Source: Mobula hypostoma (taxonomy: Eukaryota). Taken from it: a DNA stretch of 64,000 nt. Both the position numbers and the translations under genes were made by a program. Where the stretch lies: NCBI RefSeq assembly GCF_963921235.1, contig NC_086109.1:1178001-1242000 (forward strand), given 5' to 3'. This document shows positions 49,542-63,312 of this stretch, one piece after another (position 1 is the stretch's first letter; every line of letters starts with the position of its first letter). Below the pieces are notes generated by a model, which was not told the origin of the DNA, ran no database searches, and saw only the letters and a program-made list of their open reading frames with translations.

Positions 49542-51592
49542 CATAGAAACATGGAAACATAGAGAACCTACAGCACAATACAGGCCCTTCAGCCCACAAA
49601 GCTGAGCTGAACATGCCCTACCTTAGAAATTACCAGGCTTACCCACAGCCCTCTATTTTTCTAAGCTCCATGTACCTATCCAAAAGTCTCTTAAAAAACC
49701 CTATTGTATCTGCCTCCACCACCGTTGCCGGCAGCCCATTCCACACACTCACCACTCTCTGCGTAAAAAATTACCCCTGACATCTCCTCTGTACCTACTC
49801 CCCAGCACCTCAAACCTGTGTCCTCTTGTGGCAACCATTTCAGCCCTGGGAAAAAGCCTCTGACTATCCACATGATCAATGCCTCTCATCATCTTACACA
49901 CCTCTATCAGGTCATCTCTCATCCTCTGTTGCTCTAAGGAGAAAAGGCCGAGTTCACTCAACCTGTTTTCATAAGGCATGCTCCCCAAACCAGGAAACAT
50001 CCTTGTAAATCTCCTCTGCACCCTTTCTATGGCTTCCATATCCTTCCTGTAGTGAGGCGACCAGAACTGAGCACAGTACTCCAAGTGGGGTCTGACCAGG
50101 GTCCTATATAGCTGTAACATTACCACTCGGCTCTTAAATTTCAATTCCACGATTAATAAAGGCCAATACACCATGTGCCTTCTTAACCACAGATTCAACC
50201 TGTGCAGCTGCTTTGAGAGTCTTATGGACTCGGACCCCAAGATCCCTCTGATCCTCCACATTGCCAAGAGACTTACTATTAATGCTATATTCTGCCATCA
50301 TATTTGACCTACCAAAATGAACAACTTCACACTTATCTGGGTTGAACTCCATCTGCCACTTCTCAGCCCAGTTTTGCATCCTATCAATGTCCGGCTGTAA
50401 CCCCTGACAGCCCTCCACACTATCCACAACACCCCCAACATTTGTGTCATCAACAAACTTATTAACCCATCCCTCCACTTCCTCATCCAGGTCATTTATA
50501 AAAATCACGAAGAGAAGGGGAACCAGAACAGATCCCTGAGGCACACCACTGGTCACAGACCTCCATGAAGAACATGACCCATCTACAACCACTCTTTGCC
50601 TTCTGTGGGCAAGCCAGTTCTGGATCCACAAAGCAATGTCCCCTTGGATCTCATGTTTCCTTACTTTCTCAATAAGCCTTGCATGGGGTACCTTATCAAA
50701 TGCCTTGCTGAAATCCATATACACTACATCTACTGCTCTACCTTCATCAATGTGTTTAGTCACATCCTCAAAAAATTCAATCAGGCTCGTAAGGCATGAC
50801 CTGCCCTTGACAAAGCCATGCTGACTATTCCCAATCATATTATGTCTCTCCAAATGTTCATAAATCCTGCCTCTCAGGATCTTCTCCATCAATTTACCAA
50901 CAACTCAAGTAAGACTCACTGGTCTATAATTTCCTGGACTATCTCTACTCCCTTTCTTGAATAAAGGGACAACATCCGCAACCCTCCAATCCTCCGGAAC
51001 CTCTCCCGTCCCCATTGATGATGCAAAGATCATCGCCAGAAGCTCAGCAATCTCCTCCCTCGCCTCCCTCAGTAGCCTGGGATACATCTCATCGGGTCCC
51101 AGCGACTTATCCAACTTGATGCTTTCCCAAAGCTCCAGCACATCCTCTTTCTTAATATCTACATGCTCAAGCTTTTCAGTCTGCTGCAAGTGATCACTAC
51201 AATCACCAAGATCCTTTTCCATAGTGAATACTGAAGTAAAGTATTCATTAAGTACCTCTGTTATTTCCTCCGGTTCCATACACACTTTCCCACTGTCTCA
51301 CTTGATTGGTCCTATTCTTTCATAACTTATCCTCTTGCTCTTCACATACTTGTAGAATGCCTTGGGGTTTTCATTAATCCTGCCCTCCAAGGCTTTCTCA
51401 TGGCCCCTTCTGGCTTTCCTAATTTCCTTTCTAAGCTCCTTCCTGTTAGCCTTATAATCTTCTAGATCTCTACCATTACCTAGCTCTCTGAACTATTTGT
51501 AAGCTTTTCTTTTCTTCTTGACGAGATTTATTACTGCCTTTGTACACTACGGTTCCTGTACCCTAGCATAACTTCCCTGTCTCATTGGAACA
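49542..51592 (-). mobile_element. CR1 ORF2 3' 2 kb
   Basis: [38 protein letters not shown] and a catagaaacat tail. Confidence 0.92.
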
Positions 51593-51921
51593 TAATCTAT
51601 TGCCTTCCCCAGTGTAGTTTCAAAGGTTCACAATAAATGTCCAAAGCTCAGCAGCTAGCTTCAACAACCACAAAGCGTCAAATTTAAACTGTGAACAGGC
51701 TTAATTTCCTGAAAACCAGTTCTTATTTTAATTAATATCTGGTAAGCAAAAATTTATAAAAGGAGAATAATCCAGAAATGTCCGAAACTGCAATCTGACA
51801 GCCTGTGTCACACCAGCTCACGATTGACTGTGCCCTGGGACAATCGCATACAGAACAGGCCAGAGTGAGCAACTGTTGGAAGGGAAGCAAAATATAAATT
51901 ATGGTTTCGAACAGCACTCAC

Positions 51922-51973
51922 CGATAGTGACGGAGAGAGTCAGACAGATTGTCAGCAGCTGCCCGGCGCCCAT
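51922..51973 (-). CDS. First coding exon: signal peptide of the Ig-superfamily receptor
   Basis: gagATGG context; MGAGQLLTICLTLSVTI + G|gtgagt, 52 nt, phase 1. Joins in frame to 20418 (G+CT = Ala). Lies in unique sequence. Confidence 0.72.
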
Positions 51974-52442
51974 CTCTCTCCAGGATGGATGGATGGGGTG
52001 CTGGGGTAGAGATGTCTTCGACACTGCCTGAGTTCCTGAAGGTGAGCAGTCCAGTCTGCTGGTAGAAGTGCAGAGTCTCAGAGTGAAACAAGAAACTGAG
52101 CTGGGAGGAGGTGTGTTCACAGGCAGAAAGACACCAACCATGGTGCGAAGAGCAAAACAACGTGACAGGGAGAAGGCAGTACCTGATCCCAGAAAACTAT
52201 CCTTCGGGGCGACCCATGTACAGCTCCTCGCAGCTATCAGTATTTTCTTCCCGCACAGTCCCACCCCTATCCCTCACATCAGATGCTTTCAGCTACTTCC
52301 AGATACAACTCGGTTCTGGAGTCAGGACTGGAGAAGCAGAAGTAGCCAAAGTGGAACGGGGTGTGCGAGATGGGGGGACAGGATATGATGGACCGACACA
52401 GAGAATTCCTCAGAAATATCCTATACTCTCAGGAGATTGCTG

Positions 52443-55400
52443 CTGTCTCTCAGTCCCTCTCTCTCAGGGGATATCTGTACAGTGACCAGTGTCTCTCAGT
52501 CCCTCTCTCTCAGGGGATATCCGTACACTGACCGGTGTCTCTCAGTGCCTCTCTCTCAGGGGGATATCTGTAAACTGACCGGTGTCTCTCACTCCCACTC
52601 TCTCAGGGGATATCTGTACACTGACCGGTGTCTCTCAGTCCCTCTCTCTCAGGGGATATCTGTACACTGACCGGTGTCTCTCAGTCCCTCTCTCTCAGCG
52701 GGATATCTGTACACTGACCGGTGTCTCTCAGTCCCTCTCTCTCAGGGGATATCTGTACACTGACCGGTGTCTCTCAGTCCCCCTCTCTCAGCGGGATATC
52801 TGTACACTGACCGGTGTCTCTCAGTCCCTCTCTCTCAGGGGATATCTGTACAATGACCGGTGTCTCGCAGTCCCTCTCTCTCAGGGGATATCTGTACAGT
52901 GACCAGTGTCTCTCAGTCCCTTTCTCTCAAGGGATATCTGTACACTGACCGGTGTCTCACAGTCCCTCTCTCTCAGGGGATATCTGTACACTGACTGGTG
53001 TCTCTCAGTCCCTCTCTCTCAGAGGATATCTGTACACTGACCGGTGTCTCTCAGTCCCTCTCTCTCAGGGGATATCTGTACACTAACCGGTGTCTCTCAG
53101 TCACTCTCTCTCAGGGGATATCTGTACACTGACTGGTGTCTCTCAGTCCCTCTCTCTCAGGGGATATCTGTACACTGACCGGTGTCTCTCAGTCCCTCTC
53201 CCTCAGGGGGATATCTGTACACTGACCAGTGTCTCGCAGTCCCTCTCTCTCAGGGGATATCTCTACACTGACCGGTGTCTCTCAGACCCTCTCTCTCAGG
53301 GGATATCTGTACACTGACCGGTGTCTCTCTGTCCCTCTCTCTCAGGGGATATCTGTACACTGACCGGTGTCTCTCAGTCCCTCTCTCTCAGGGGATATCT
53401 GTACACTGACCAGTGTCTCTCAGTCCCTCTCTCTCAGGGGGATATCTGTACACTGACCGGTGTCTCTCAGTCCCTCTCTCTCAGGGGATATCTGTACACT
53501 GACCGGTGTCTCTCAGTCCCTCTCTCTCAGGGGATATCTGTACACTGACCGGTGTCTCTCAGTCCCTCTCTCTCAGGCGATATCTGTACACTGACCGGTG
53601 TCTCTCAGTCCCTCTCTCTCAGGGGGATATCTGTACACTGACCGGTGTCTCTCAGTCCCTCTCTCTCAGGCGATATCTGTACACTGACCGTTGTCTCTCA
53701 CTCCCTCTCTCTCAGCGGGATATCTGTACACTGACCGGTGTCTCTCAGTCCCTCTCTCTCAGGGGATATCTGTACACTAACCGGTGTCTCTCAGTCCCTC
53801 TCTCTCAGCGGGATATCTGTACACAGACCGGTGTCTCTCAGTCCCTCTCTCTCAGGGGGATATCTGTACACTGACCGTTGTCTCTTGGTCCCTCTCTCAG
53901 GGGTTATCTGTACACTGACCGGTGTCGCTCAGTCCCTCTCTCTCAGGGGATATCTGTACACTGCCCGGTGTCTCTCAGTCCCTCTCTCTCAGCTGGATAT
54001 CTGTACACTGACCGGTGTCTCTCAGTCCCTCTCTCTCAGGGGATATCTGTACACTGACCGGTGTCTCTCAGTCCCTCTCTCTCAGCGGGATATCTGTACA
54101 CTGACCGGTGTCTCTCAGTCCCTCTCTCTCAGGGGATATCTGTACACTGACCAGTGTCTCTCAGTCCTTCTCTCTCAGGGGATATCTGTACACTGACCGG
54201 TGTCTCTCAGTCCCTCTCTCTCAGCGGGATATCTGTAGTCTGACCGGTGTCTCTCAGTCCCTCTCTCCCAGGGGATATCTGTACACTGACCGGTGTCTCT
54301 CAGTCCCTCTCTCTCAGCGGGATATCTGTACACTGACCGGTGTCTCTCAGTCCCTCTCTCTCAGGGGATATCTGTACACTGACCGGTGTCTCTCAGTCCC
54401 TCTCTCTCAGGGGCATATCTGTACACTGACCGGTGTCTCTCAGTCCCCCTCTGGCAGAGAATATCTGTACACTGACCGGTGTCTCTCAGTCCCTCTCTCT
54501 CAGGGGATATCTGTACACTGACCGGTGTCTCTCAGTCCCTCTTTCTCAGCGGGATATCTGTACACTGACCGGTGTCTCTCAGTCCCTCTCTCTCAGGGGA
54601 TATCTGTACACTGACTGGTGTCTCTCAGTCCCTCTCTCTCAGGGAATATCTGTACACTGACCGGTGTCTCTCAGTCCCTCTCTCTCAGCGGGATATTTGT
54701 ACACTGACCGGTGTCTCTCAGTCCCTCTCTCTCAGGGGATATCTGTACACTGCCCGGTGTCTCTCAGTCCCTCTCTCTCAGCTGGATATCTGTACACTGA
54801 CCGGTGTCTCTCAGTCCCTCTCTCTCAGGGGATGTCTGTACACTGACCGGTGTCTCTCAGTCCCTCTCTCTCAGGGGGATATCTGTACACTGACCGGTGT
54901 CTCTCAGTCCCTCTCTCTCAGGGAATATCTGTACACTGACCGGTGTCTCTCAGTCCCTCTCTCTCAGCGGGATATTTGTACACTGACCGGTGTCTCTCAG
55001 TCCCTCTCTCTCAGGGGATATCTGTACACTGCCCGGTGTCTCTCAGTCCCTCTCTCTCAGCTGGATATCTGTACACTGACCGGTGTCTCTCAGTCCCTCT
55101 CTCTCAGGGGATGTCTGTACACTGACCGGTGTCTCTCAGTCCCTCTCTCTCAGCGGGATATCTGTACACTGACCGGTGTCTCTCAGTCCCTCTCTCTCAG
55201 GGGATATCTGTACACTGACCAGTGTCTCTCAGTCCCTCTCTCTCAGGGGATATCTGTACACTGACCGGTGTCTCTCAGTCCCTCTCTCTCAGGGGATATC
55301 TGTACACTGACCGGTGTCTCTCAGTCCCTCTCTCTCAGGGGATATCTGTACACTGACCGGTGTCTCACAGTCCCTCTCTCTCAGGGGATATCTGTACACT

Positions 55401-56087
55401 GACTGGTGTTTCTCAGTCCCTCTGTCTCAGCGGGATATCTGTACGCTGACCGGTGTCTCTCAGTCCCTCTCTCTCAGGGGATATCTGTACACTGACCGGT
55501 GACTGTCAGTCCCTCTCTCTCAGGGGGATATCTGTACACTCACCGGTGTCTCTCAGTCCCTCTCTCTCAGGGGATATCTGTACACTGACCGGTGTCTCTC
55601 AGTCCCTCTCTCTCAGCGGGATATCTGTACGCTGACCGGTGTCTCTCAGTCCCTCTCTTTCAGGGCATATCTGTACACTGACCGGTGTCTCTCAGTCCCT
55701 CTCTCTCAGGGGATATCTGTACACTGACCGGTGTCTCTCAGTCCCTCTCTCTCAGGGGATATCTGTACACTGACCGGTGTCTCTCAGTCCCTCTCTCTCA
55801 GGGGATATCTGTACACTGACCGGTGTCTCTCAGTCCCTCTCTCTCAGGGGGATATCTGTACACTGACCGGTGTCTCTCAGTCCCTCTCTCTCAGGGGGAT
55901 ATCTGTACACTGACCGGTGTCTCTCAGTCCCTCTCTCTCAGGGGGATATCTGTACGCTGACCGGTGTCTCTCAGTCCCTCTCTCTCAAGGGATATCTGTA
56001 CACTGACCGGTGTCTCTCAGTCCCTCTCTCAGGGGTTATCTGTACACTGACCTGTGTCTCTCAGTCCCTCTCTCTCAGTAGGATATC
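52443..56087. repeat. 46/47-bp minisatellite, about 78 copies
   Basis: Unit ctgtacactgaccggtgtctctcagtccctctctctcag(c)gggatat, highly homogeneous. Confidence 0.97.
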
Positions 56088-57384
56088 TTTCCTGGGTCGT
56101 TGGTGTGATAATCTTGTAATTCCCTACCTGTTTTACTTTCAGCATTACTAATAGATGCCAATTTCCTCATTAATTCTTAACTGCTTGCCACTGTATTTTG
56201 CAAGGATTTCACGTTGGTTTTATGTTAGCACTGACTCAAAACATGCGTTCGGTGATTCTGCTTTTTCCTCATTTCCCGATCACTTTCTCGTGCTTCAATC
56301 TGTCAGCGACTGATCACTATTCCTTTCCTTCTCACATTATTGAAAATGGTTAATAGCTTCCTGTGAGATTGCCCTTCAGTTTCTAAATGACAATAAAAGA
56401 GGACTGAGTGTTCTCATGTTCTATGTTAATTTCCCTTTTCCTTGTCAGTTCACGGGACCCTTTTCAGAGAATAGCAGTGGTTGAAAGAGGCCTCTCTCCC
56501 TGTCACATGCCGAGAGCTCTGTGCCCCTTTTCACAGAATGGCAGTGGTTGCAAGAGGCCGCTCTGCCTGTCTGTGTCACAAATGATAAAGGGGTTTGGAA
56601 ATTTTATGGTGTGTGGACATGGGAATGATGCACTGAGGTAGAAACCAGCTGTGGTGAATGGAAGAGTCGGGTCGAGGGGCCAAATAGCTGCCTTCCAAAA
56701 CATCACTGCAGGGTGGGACCTCCCTGGAAAAGTCCTGTTCCCTGCATTCTCACAGGAAGAAAATTGCTTGGAAAACAGGTGGGTGGGATGGAAAGGGATA
56801 TTGGAGAGGAGTGGGGCAGAGGGGATCCTGTTCAATGTGCTTTCGATGGGGACTAGCGTGGCAGTATCACTGCATCCAACAGCAGCTTATCACCCAGACA
56901 GGCCCAGGAGGACAGGGCCAGTTCATTGCTCTGCTTCCAAGTTCTTTTCCTCTGTGGAAGATCTGAGAGGTGTGCGAGACAGATGGAGGACAATCCTACC
57001 CAGCACCCAGATCCCACCCAGATAGATGTTTTCGCAATGCTTGTGCCACAGGTATGGAAGGATAGCAGGACTATGTTGTCCTAAGGTGGGTGAGGATGAG
57101 CATGGATAATGAAATCAGCTTTTAATCTCACGGTTTTGCCCTGTGTGGTTCAGTTCCTGTCCTTGGCAATAGACTGTCCCCTGGTTTGGAACATACACCA
57201 GCTACAAGATGTGCATCTGAATATTTGCTGGCCCCTACATCCCAGTGTCTGAAGTAACATGGTTGTTTTCTGAATTCACTCTTCAGATGTGACTGTGAGG
57301 GGGCATTTCTGGACTAATTTCACTGCAAACAAATTCTCTTCTTCCTCTGGATTCTTCCCAACTCATAATGATGATGATCTAGAT

Positions 57385-58915
57385 TCATAGAGTAATATAC
57401 TTAAACAGCAGGAAAACAGGCCCTTCGGCCCATCATGTCCATACTGATTAACGTGCCCATCTACCCTTATCCTATTTGAGGAAATTACAGGCAGGATAGA
57501 CAAAGGGGAGTTACTGCATGTTGTTTATTTGGGCTTTCAGGTCTTCGACAAGGTGCCGCACATGAGGCTGCTTAACAAGATAAGAGCCATGGTGTTACAA
57601 GAAAGACACACACATGGATAGAAGATTGGCTCACTGGCAGGGGGCAAAGAGTGGGATCTTTTCAGGTTGGCTGCTTGTGACTAGTGGTGCTCTACAGGGG
57701 TTTGTGTAGGGACCGATTCTTCTCACATTATATGTCAATAATTTGGATAAAGGGACCTTTCTGGATGGCTTTGTGGTCAAGTTTGCGGATGATACAAAGG
57801 AAGGTGGAGGGGCAGGTAGCATTGAGGAAGTAGAAAGGCTGCAGAAGGACTTAGACAGATTGGAAGAATAGGCAAAGAGCGGCAGATGGAACATAGTGTC
57901 GAGAAGTGTGTGGTCTTGTGGTGCAAAGGGACTTGGGAGTCTTCCTGCAGGAGTCAGTGATGAGGACTGAAAATGTGATGTTAGCATTCATTTTCAGAGG
58001 ACTACACACAAAAGCAGAGATATAATGCTGAAAATTTATAAGGCATTGATCAGATTGCATTTTGAGTATTTGAGCAGTTTTGGGCCCCTCATGTAAAAAA
58101 AAAGATGTGCTGGCACTGGAGAGGGTCCCCTATAAAATATTGAAAAGCCTAGACAGGCCGGATGTTGAGAGGATGTTTAGTGGGTGAGTCTAGGACCAGA
58201 GGGTTCAGCCTCAGAATAGAGGAACATCCATTTAGAATGGAGAAAATGAGGAATTTCTTAACCAGAGAGTGGTGAATCTGTGGAATTCATTGGCACAGTC
58301 GTCTGTGCAGGCCAAGCCACTGGGTACATTTAAGGTGGAGGTTTCTCTGTACAAGATTAATCAGGCCGTCAAAGTTCGTGGGGTGAAGGCAGGAGAATGG
58401 GGTTGAGAGGGATGATGGATGATGGAATGATGCAGCAGACTCAGTGGGCTGAATGGTTAATTCTGTCTTTATGATCATTTGCCTGAGTTCGGCCAATATC
58501 CTGAAACATTCTTATATCACATTATATAAAATAACGTGATTGCATTTACCCGTGACACCTCCTCGGGCAGGTCATTCCATACTTACAGCCCTCTGTCTGG
58601 AAAAATATGCCCTTCAGGAACATTTTAATCTTTCCCTTCTCACCTTCAATCCACATTTTTGGGTTTAAGTCACCTCTAACCCGGGGAACTGACATTGGCC
58701 ATCTTCCCTATCCAAGTTTCTCATTGTTGAACCTTTGTCTATCACAGAAGCTCTCATCCTCCTTCGTTGCAGCCTATCCACCCTCTGCTGGTAATTCAAG
58801 CCCCCCAATGCTGGCATTGTCACTGTGAATCCTCTCTGCACCCCCACCAGCTTAATCATATCCCTTCTACAGAATGGTGACCAGAAATGTGCACACACTA
58901 CTCCAAGAGCAGCCT
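57385..58915. mobile_element. Degraded CR1 fragments (+ ~57480-58470; - ~58520-58915)
   Basis: cttcgacaaggtgcc, aagtttgcggatgatac, cagagagtggtgaatctgtggaattc, and CAHFWSP. Confidence 0.75.
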
Positions 58916-59009
58916 AGTGATCTTGAGGCTTCTGCAAAAAGAAGCTTCAGTCTGAGAACGCAAAAGAAAAGAAAAGCTCAAGAATTTTCCTTCTCTTCCT
59001 TATATCTGC

Positions 59010-62000
59010 TCAGCTAGGACAGTAGAGATGCCAGGCAGGAGAGTGCAATGCTCCTCTTGCGGGATGTGGGAAGACAGGGAGACGTCCAGTGTCCCAGACG
59101 ACTACAACAGCAAGAAGTGCATCCAGCTGCAGCTTCTAACAAACTGCGTTAGGGAGTTGGAGCTGGAACTGGATGAACTCCGGATTATTCAGTAAACTGC
59201 AGGGTGATAGATAAGACATATAGAGAGGTAGTTACACCCAAGATGCAGGACACAGGAAACTGGGTGACAGTCAGGAAGGGGAAAGGGGTTATGGAGCCAG
59301 TGCAGAGTACCCCTGTGGCTGTCCCCATCAACAACAGGTATATCACTTTGGATACAGTTGGGAGAGATGACCTAACAGATGAAAGTCACTGGGTCTGTGT
59401 CTCTGGCATTGAGTTTGCCTCTGTGACTCAGAAGGGAAGGGAGGGAGAAGAGGCACACTGTGGTGATAGGGGACTCATTAGTTAGGGGAATGGACAGGAG
59501 GTTCTGTGGCCAAGAATGAGATTCTTGGATGGTATGTTGCCTCCTGGGTTCCAGGATCCAAGACATTTCAGATCAAGTTGTCAGTATTTGTAAGTGGGAG
59601 GGTGAACAGCCAGAAATTGTGGTCCATGTAGGTATCAATGACATGGGTAGGACGAGTGATGAGGCCCTGCATAGGGAGAAGTATCGTAGGAAACGCGGAT
59701 AATAGTGCTGAAGATGAGGTAGCTGCTTTACAAGCAGAGGCAATGTGTGGTGAGGAGGGGCTCTTCACAGGGCAAAATTGCAGTCAACAGGATGAGTTCC
59801 AATGTAAAAAGTGGACAAAATAGAAAAGGGTGAATACAGGACTGAAGATGTTGTATCGGAATGCGCACAGTGTACAGAATAAGGTAGATGAGCTTTCAAG
59901 ACAGTTGCAGATTGCAGGTACGGTCTGGTAGGAATCTCTGAATGATGGCTGAAAGAAGATTACAGCTGGGAGCCCAATGTCCAAGGATACACATTGTGTT
60001 GAAAGGGTAAAAAATGAAATTAAATCATTAGAAAGAGATGACATAGGGTTGGAATGTGTTGAATCATTGTGGATAGAGCTAAGGAACTGCAAGGGTAAAA
60101 AGACCCCGATGAGAGTTGTATATAGATCCCCAAACAGTAGTAAGGATGTGGTCTACAAATTACAATGGGAGAGAGAAAATGCATGCCAAAGGGGCAATGT
60201 TACAATAGTCATGGCGGATTTCAATGTAGTCATTGTCATAGTCATAGACATACTTTATTGATCCCGGGGGAAATTGGTTTTCGTTACAGTTGCACCATAA
60301 ATAATAAATAGTAATAAAACCATAAAGAGTTAAATAGTAATATGTAAATTGTTCCAGGAAATAAGCCCAGGACCAGCCTATTGGCTCAGGGTGTCTGACC
60401 CTCCAAGGGAGGAGTTGTAAAGTTTGATGGCCACAGGCAGGAATGACTTCCTATGATGCTCAGTGTTGCACCTCGGTGGAATGAGTCTCTGGCTGAATGT
60501 ACTCTGTGCCCAACCAGTCCATTATATAGTGGATGGGAGACATTGTCCAAGATGGCATGCAACTTGGACAGCATCCTCTTTTCAGACACCACCGTCAGAG
60601 AGTCCAGTTCCATCCCCACATCATCACTGGCCTTACGAATGAGTTTGTTGATTCTGTTGGTGTCTGCTACCCTCAGCCTGCTGCCCCAGCACACAACAGC
60701 AAACATGATCGCACTGGCCACCACAGACTCGCAGAACATCCTCAGCATCGTCCGGCAGATGTTAAAGGACCTCAGTCTCCTTAGGAAATAGCGACAGCTC
60801 TGACCCTTCTTGTAGACAGCCTCAGTGTTCTTTGACCAATCCAGTTTATTGTCAGTTCATATTCCCAGGTATTTGTAATCCTCCACCATGTCCACACTGA
60901 CCCCCTGGATGGAAACAGGGGTCACCGGTACCTTAGCTCTCCTCAGGTCTACCACCAGCTCCTTAGGAAGGGAAGGAGGATTTCCAGAATGCCTATGAGA
61001 TGGGCTTTTAGAGCAGCTCGCAGTTGAGCCCACTAGGGATCAGCTATTCTGAATTAGGTGTTGTGCGATGAATGGGAACTGATTAGAGAACTTGAGGTAA
61101 AAGAACCCTTCGGGGAAGTGATCATAATATGACCAAATTAACCCTGAAATCTGAGAAAGAGAAGCTAAATTCAGATGTATCAGTATAACGGTGGGGTAAA
61201 AGAGCATAAGAGAGGAATTGATTGAGTAAGAGCACTGGCAGGGATGATGGCAGAGCAGCAGTGGCTGGAATTTCTGCAGGCAATTTGGAAGGCGTATGAT
61301 ATACACATCACAAAGGGGAAGAAGTATTCCAAAGGAAAGATGACACAACCATGCCTAAAAGAGAAGTTAAAGCCAATAAAAAAGCAAATGAGAAGGCGTA
61401 TAATAGAGCAAAAATTAATGGGAAGTTCAGCAACTAAAAAGTAATTTAGAAGGTAAAGATGGAATATGAAAGTAAACTAGCCAATAATGTTAAAGAAGTT
61501 ACCAAACGTTTCTTCAGATACATAAGGTGTAAAAGAAAGGTGAGAGTGGATACCAGACTGCAGGAAAACAATGATAGAGAGGTAGTAATGGGTGACCAGG
61601 GAATGAGAAATGAACTGAATAAGTATTTTGTAAAAGTTTTCTCTGAGGAAGACACTAGCAGTATGATGGAAGTTCCAGGTGTCAAGGCTCATGAAGTTTA
61701 TGAAACTACCATAACTAGAGAGAAGGTTCTTGGAAAACTGAAAGGTTTGAAGATGAGTAAGTCACCTGGACAAGATGGTGTACATCCCAGGACTCTGAAA
61801 GAGGTAGCTGAAGAGACTGTGAAGGCATTAGTAATGATCTTTCAAGAATCACTAGATTCTGGAACGGTTCTACAAGACTGGAAAATTGTAAATATCACTC
61901 CACTCTTCAAAAGAGGAGAGAAGCCAGTTAGTCTGACCTCAGTGGTTGGGAAGATGTTGGAGCTGATTATGAAGGATAAGATCTCAGGATACTTGGAGGC

Positions 62001-63312
62001 ACATGATAAAATAGACCATAGCCAGCATGGTTTCCTCAAGAGGAAATCTGGTCTGACTAATCTGTTGGAATGCTTTGAAGTAATAACAAGCAGGATAGAC
62101 AAAGAAGAATTGATTGATGTTGTGTACTTGGATTTTCAGAAGGCCACTGACATGGTGCCACTCATAAGGCTGTTTAACAAGCTACGAGCCCATGCTAATA
62201 CAGGAAAGATTTGAGCATGGATAAAGCTGTAGATGATTGGCAGGAGGCAATGAGAGGGAATAAAGGGAACCTTTTCTGGTTGGCTGCCAGTGACTAGTGG
62301 TGTTCCAGGGTTGTTTGGACCGATTCTTTTTACGTTATTTGTGAATGATTTAGATGATGGAATTGATGGCTTTGTTGTAAAGTCTGAAGATGATATGAAG
62401 AAAGGTGGAAGGGCAGGGAGTTTTCAGGAAGTAGGGATGCTACAGAAGAACTTAGACAGATTAGGAGACTAGACAAAGAAATGGCAGATGGAATACAGTG
62501 TCAAGAAGTGTATAGTCATGCGTTTTGGTAGAAGAGGTGAAAGGGATGATTATGTTCTAAATGGTGAGAAAATATAAAAAGCTGAGGTGCAAAGAGACCT
62601 GGGGGTCCTAGTGCAGCCTTCCCTAAAAGTTAATTAGTAGGTTGAGTCTGTGGTGAGGAAGGAAAATTGAATGTTAGCATTCATTTCTAGAGGACTAGAA
62701 TATAAACAGTGATGTAATGTTGAAACTTATAAAGCACTAGCGAGGCCTCACTTGGAGTATGTGGGCAGTGTTGGGCCCCTTATCTTAGAAAGTATGTGTT
62801 GAAACTGGACAGGGTTCAAAGGAGGTTCATGAAGATGATTCCAGGATTGAATGGCATGTCATATGAAGAACATTTGATAGCTCTAGGCCTGTATTCTCTG
62901 GAATTCAGAAGAATAAGGGTGGCCTCATTGAAACCTATCAAATGGTGAAAGGCCTTGATAGACTGGACATGGAGAGAATGTTTCCTGTGATGGGAATAGT
63001 CTGAGACCAGAGGATACAGCCTCAGTATAGAGGGGTGTCCTTCTAGAACGCAGATGAGGAGGAATTTATTTAGCCAGAGGGTGGTGAATCTGTGGAATTC
63101 TTTGCCACAGGCAGCCGTGGAGGCAGTCTTTATGTATATTTGAGGCAGAGGTTGCTAGATTCTTGATTGGATTGGGGCATGAAGGGATATGAGGCAAGGG
63201 CAGGAGATTGGGGCTGAGAGGAAATTTGGATCAGGCATGTTGAAATGGCGGAGCAGGCTTAATGCGCAAATGACCTAATCCTGCTCCTATATCTTATGAT
63301 CTTATGGTCTTA
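59010..63312 (+). mobile_element. Near full-length degraded CR1
   Basis: ORF1 zinc/leucine region (CSSCGMWE..KCIQLQLL..LELELDELRII), esterase, EN, RT (DFQKA, tctgaagatgat), and tail tcttatgatcttatggtctta. Confidence 0.88.
60228..60965 (-). mobile_element. Rex1/Babar LINE 3' fragment nested in the CR1
   Basis: FCESVVASAIMFAVVCWGS..NKLIRKAS..HPLY and tail cccgggatcaataaagtatgtctatgactatgac. A similar tail lies at ~19530-19567. Confidence 0.85.

Noticed and set aside
52443..56087. CRISPR-like array or repeat-protein ORFs
   Set aside because: Units are wholly repeated with no unique spacers, there are no cas genes, the context is eukaryotic, and the unit length is not a multiple of 3.
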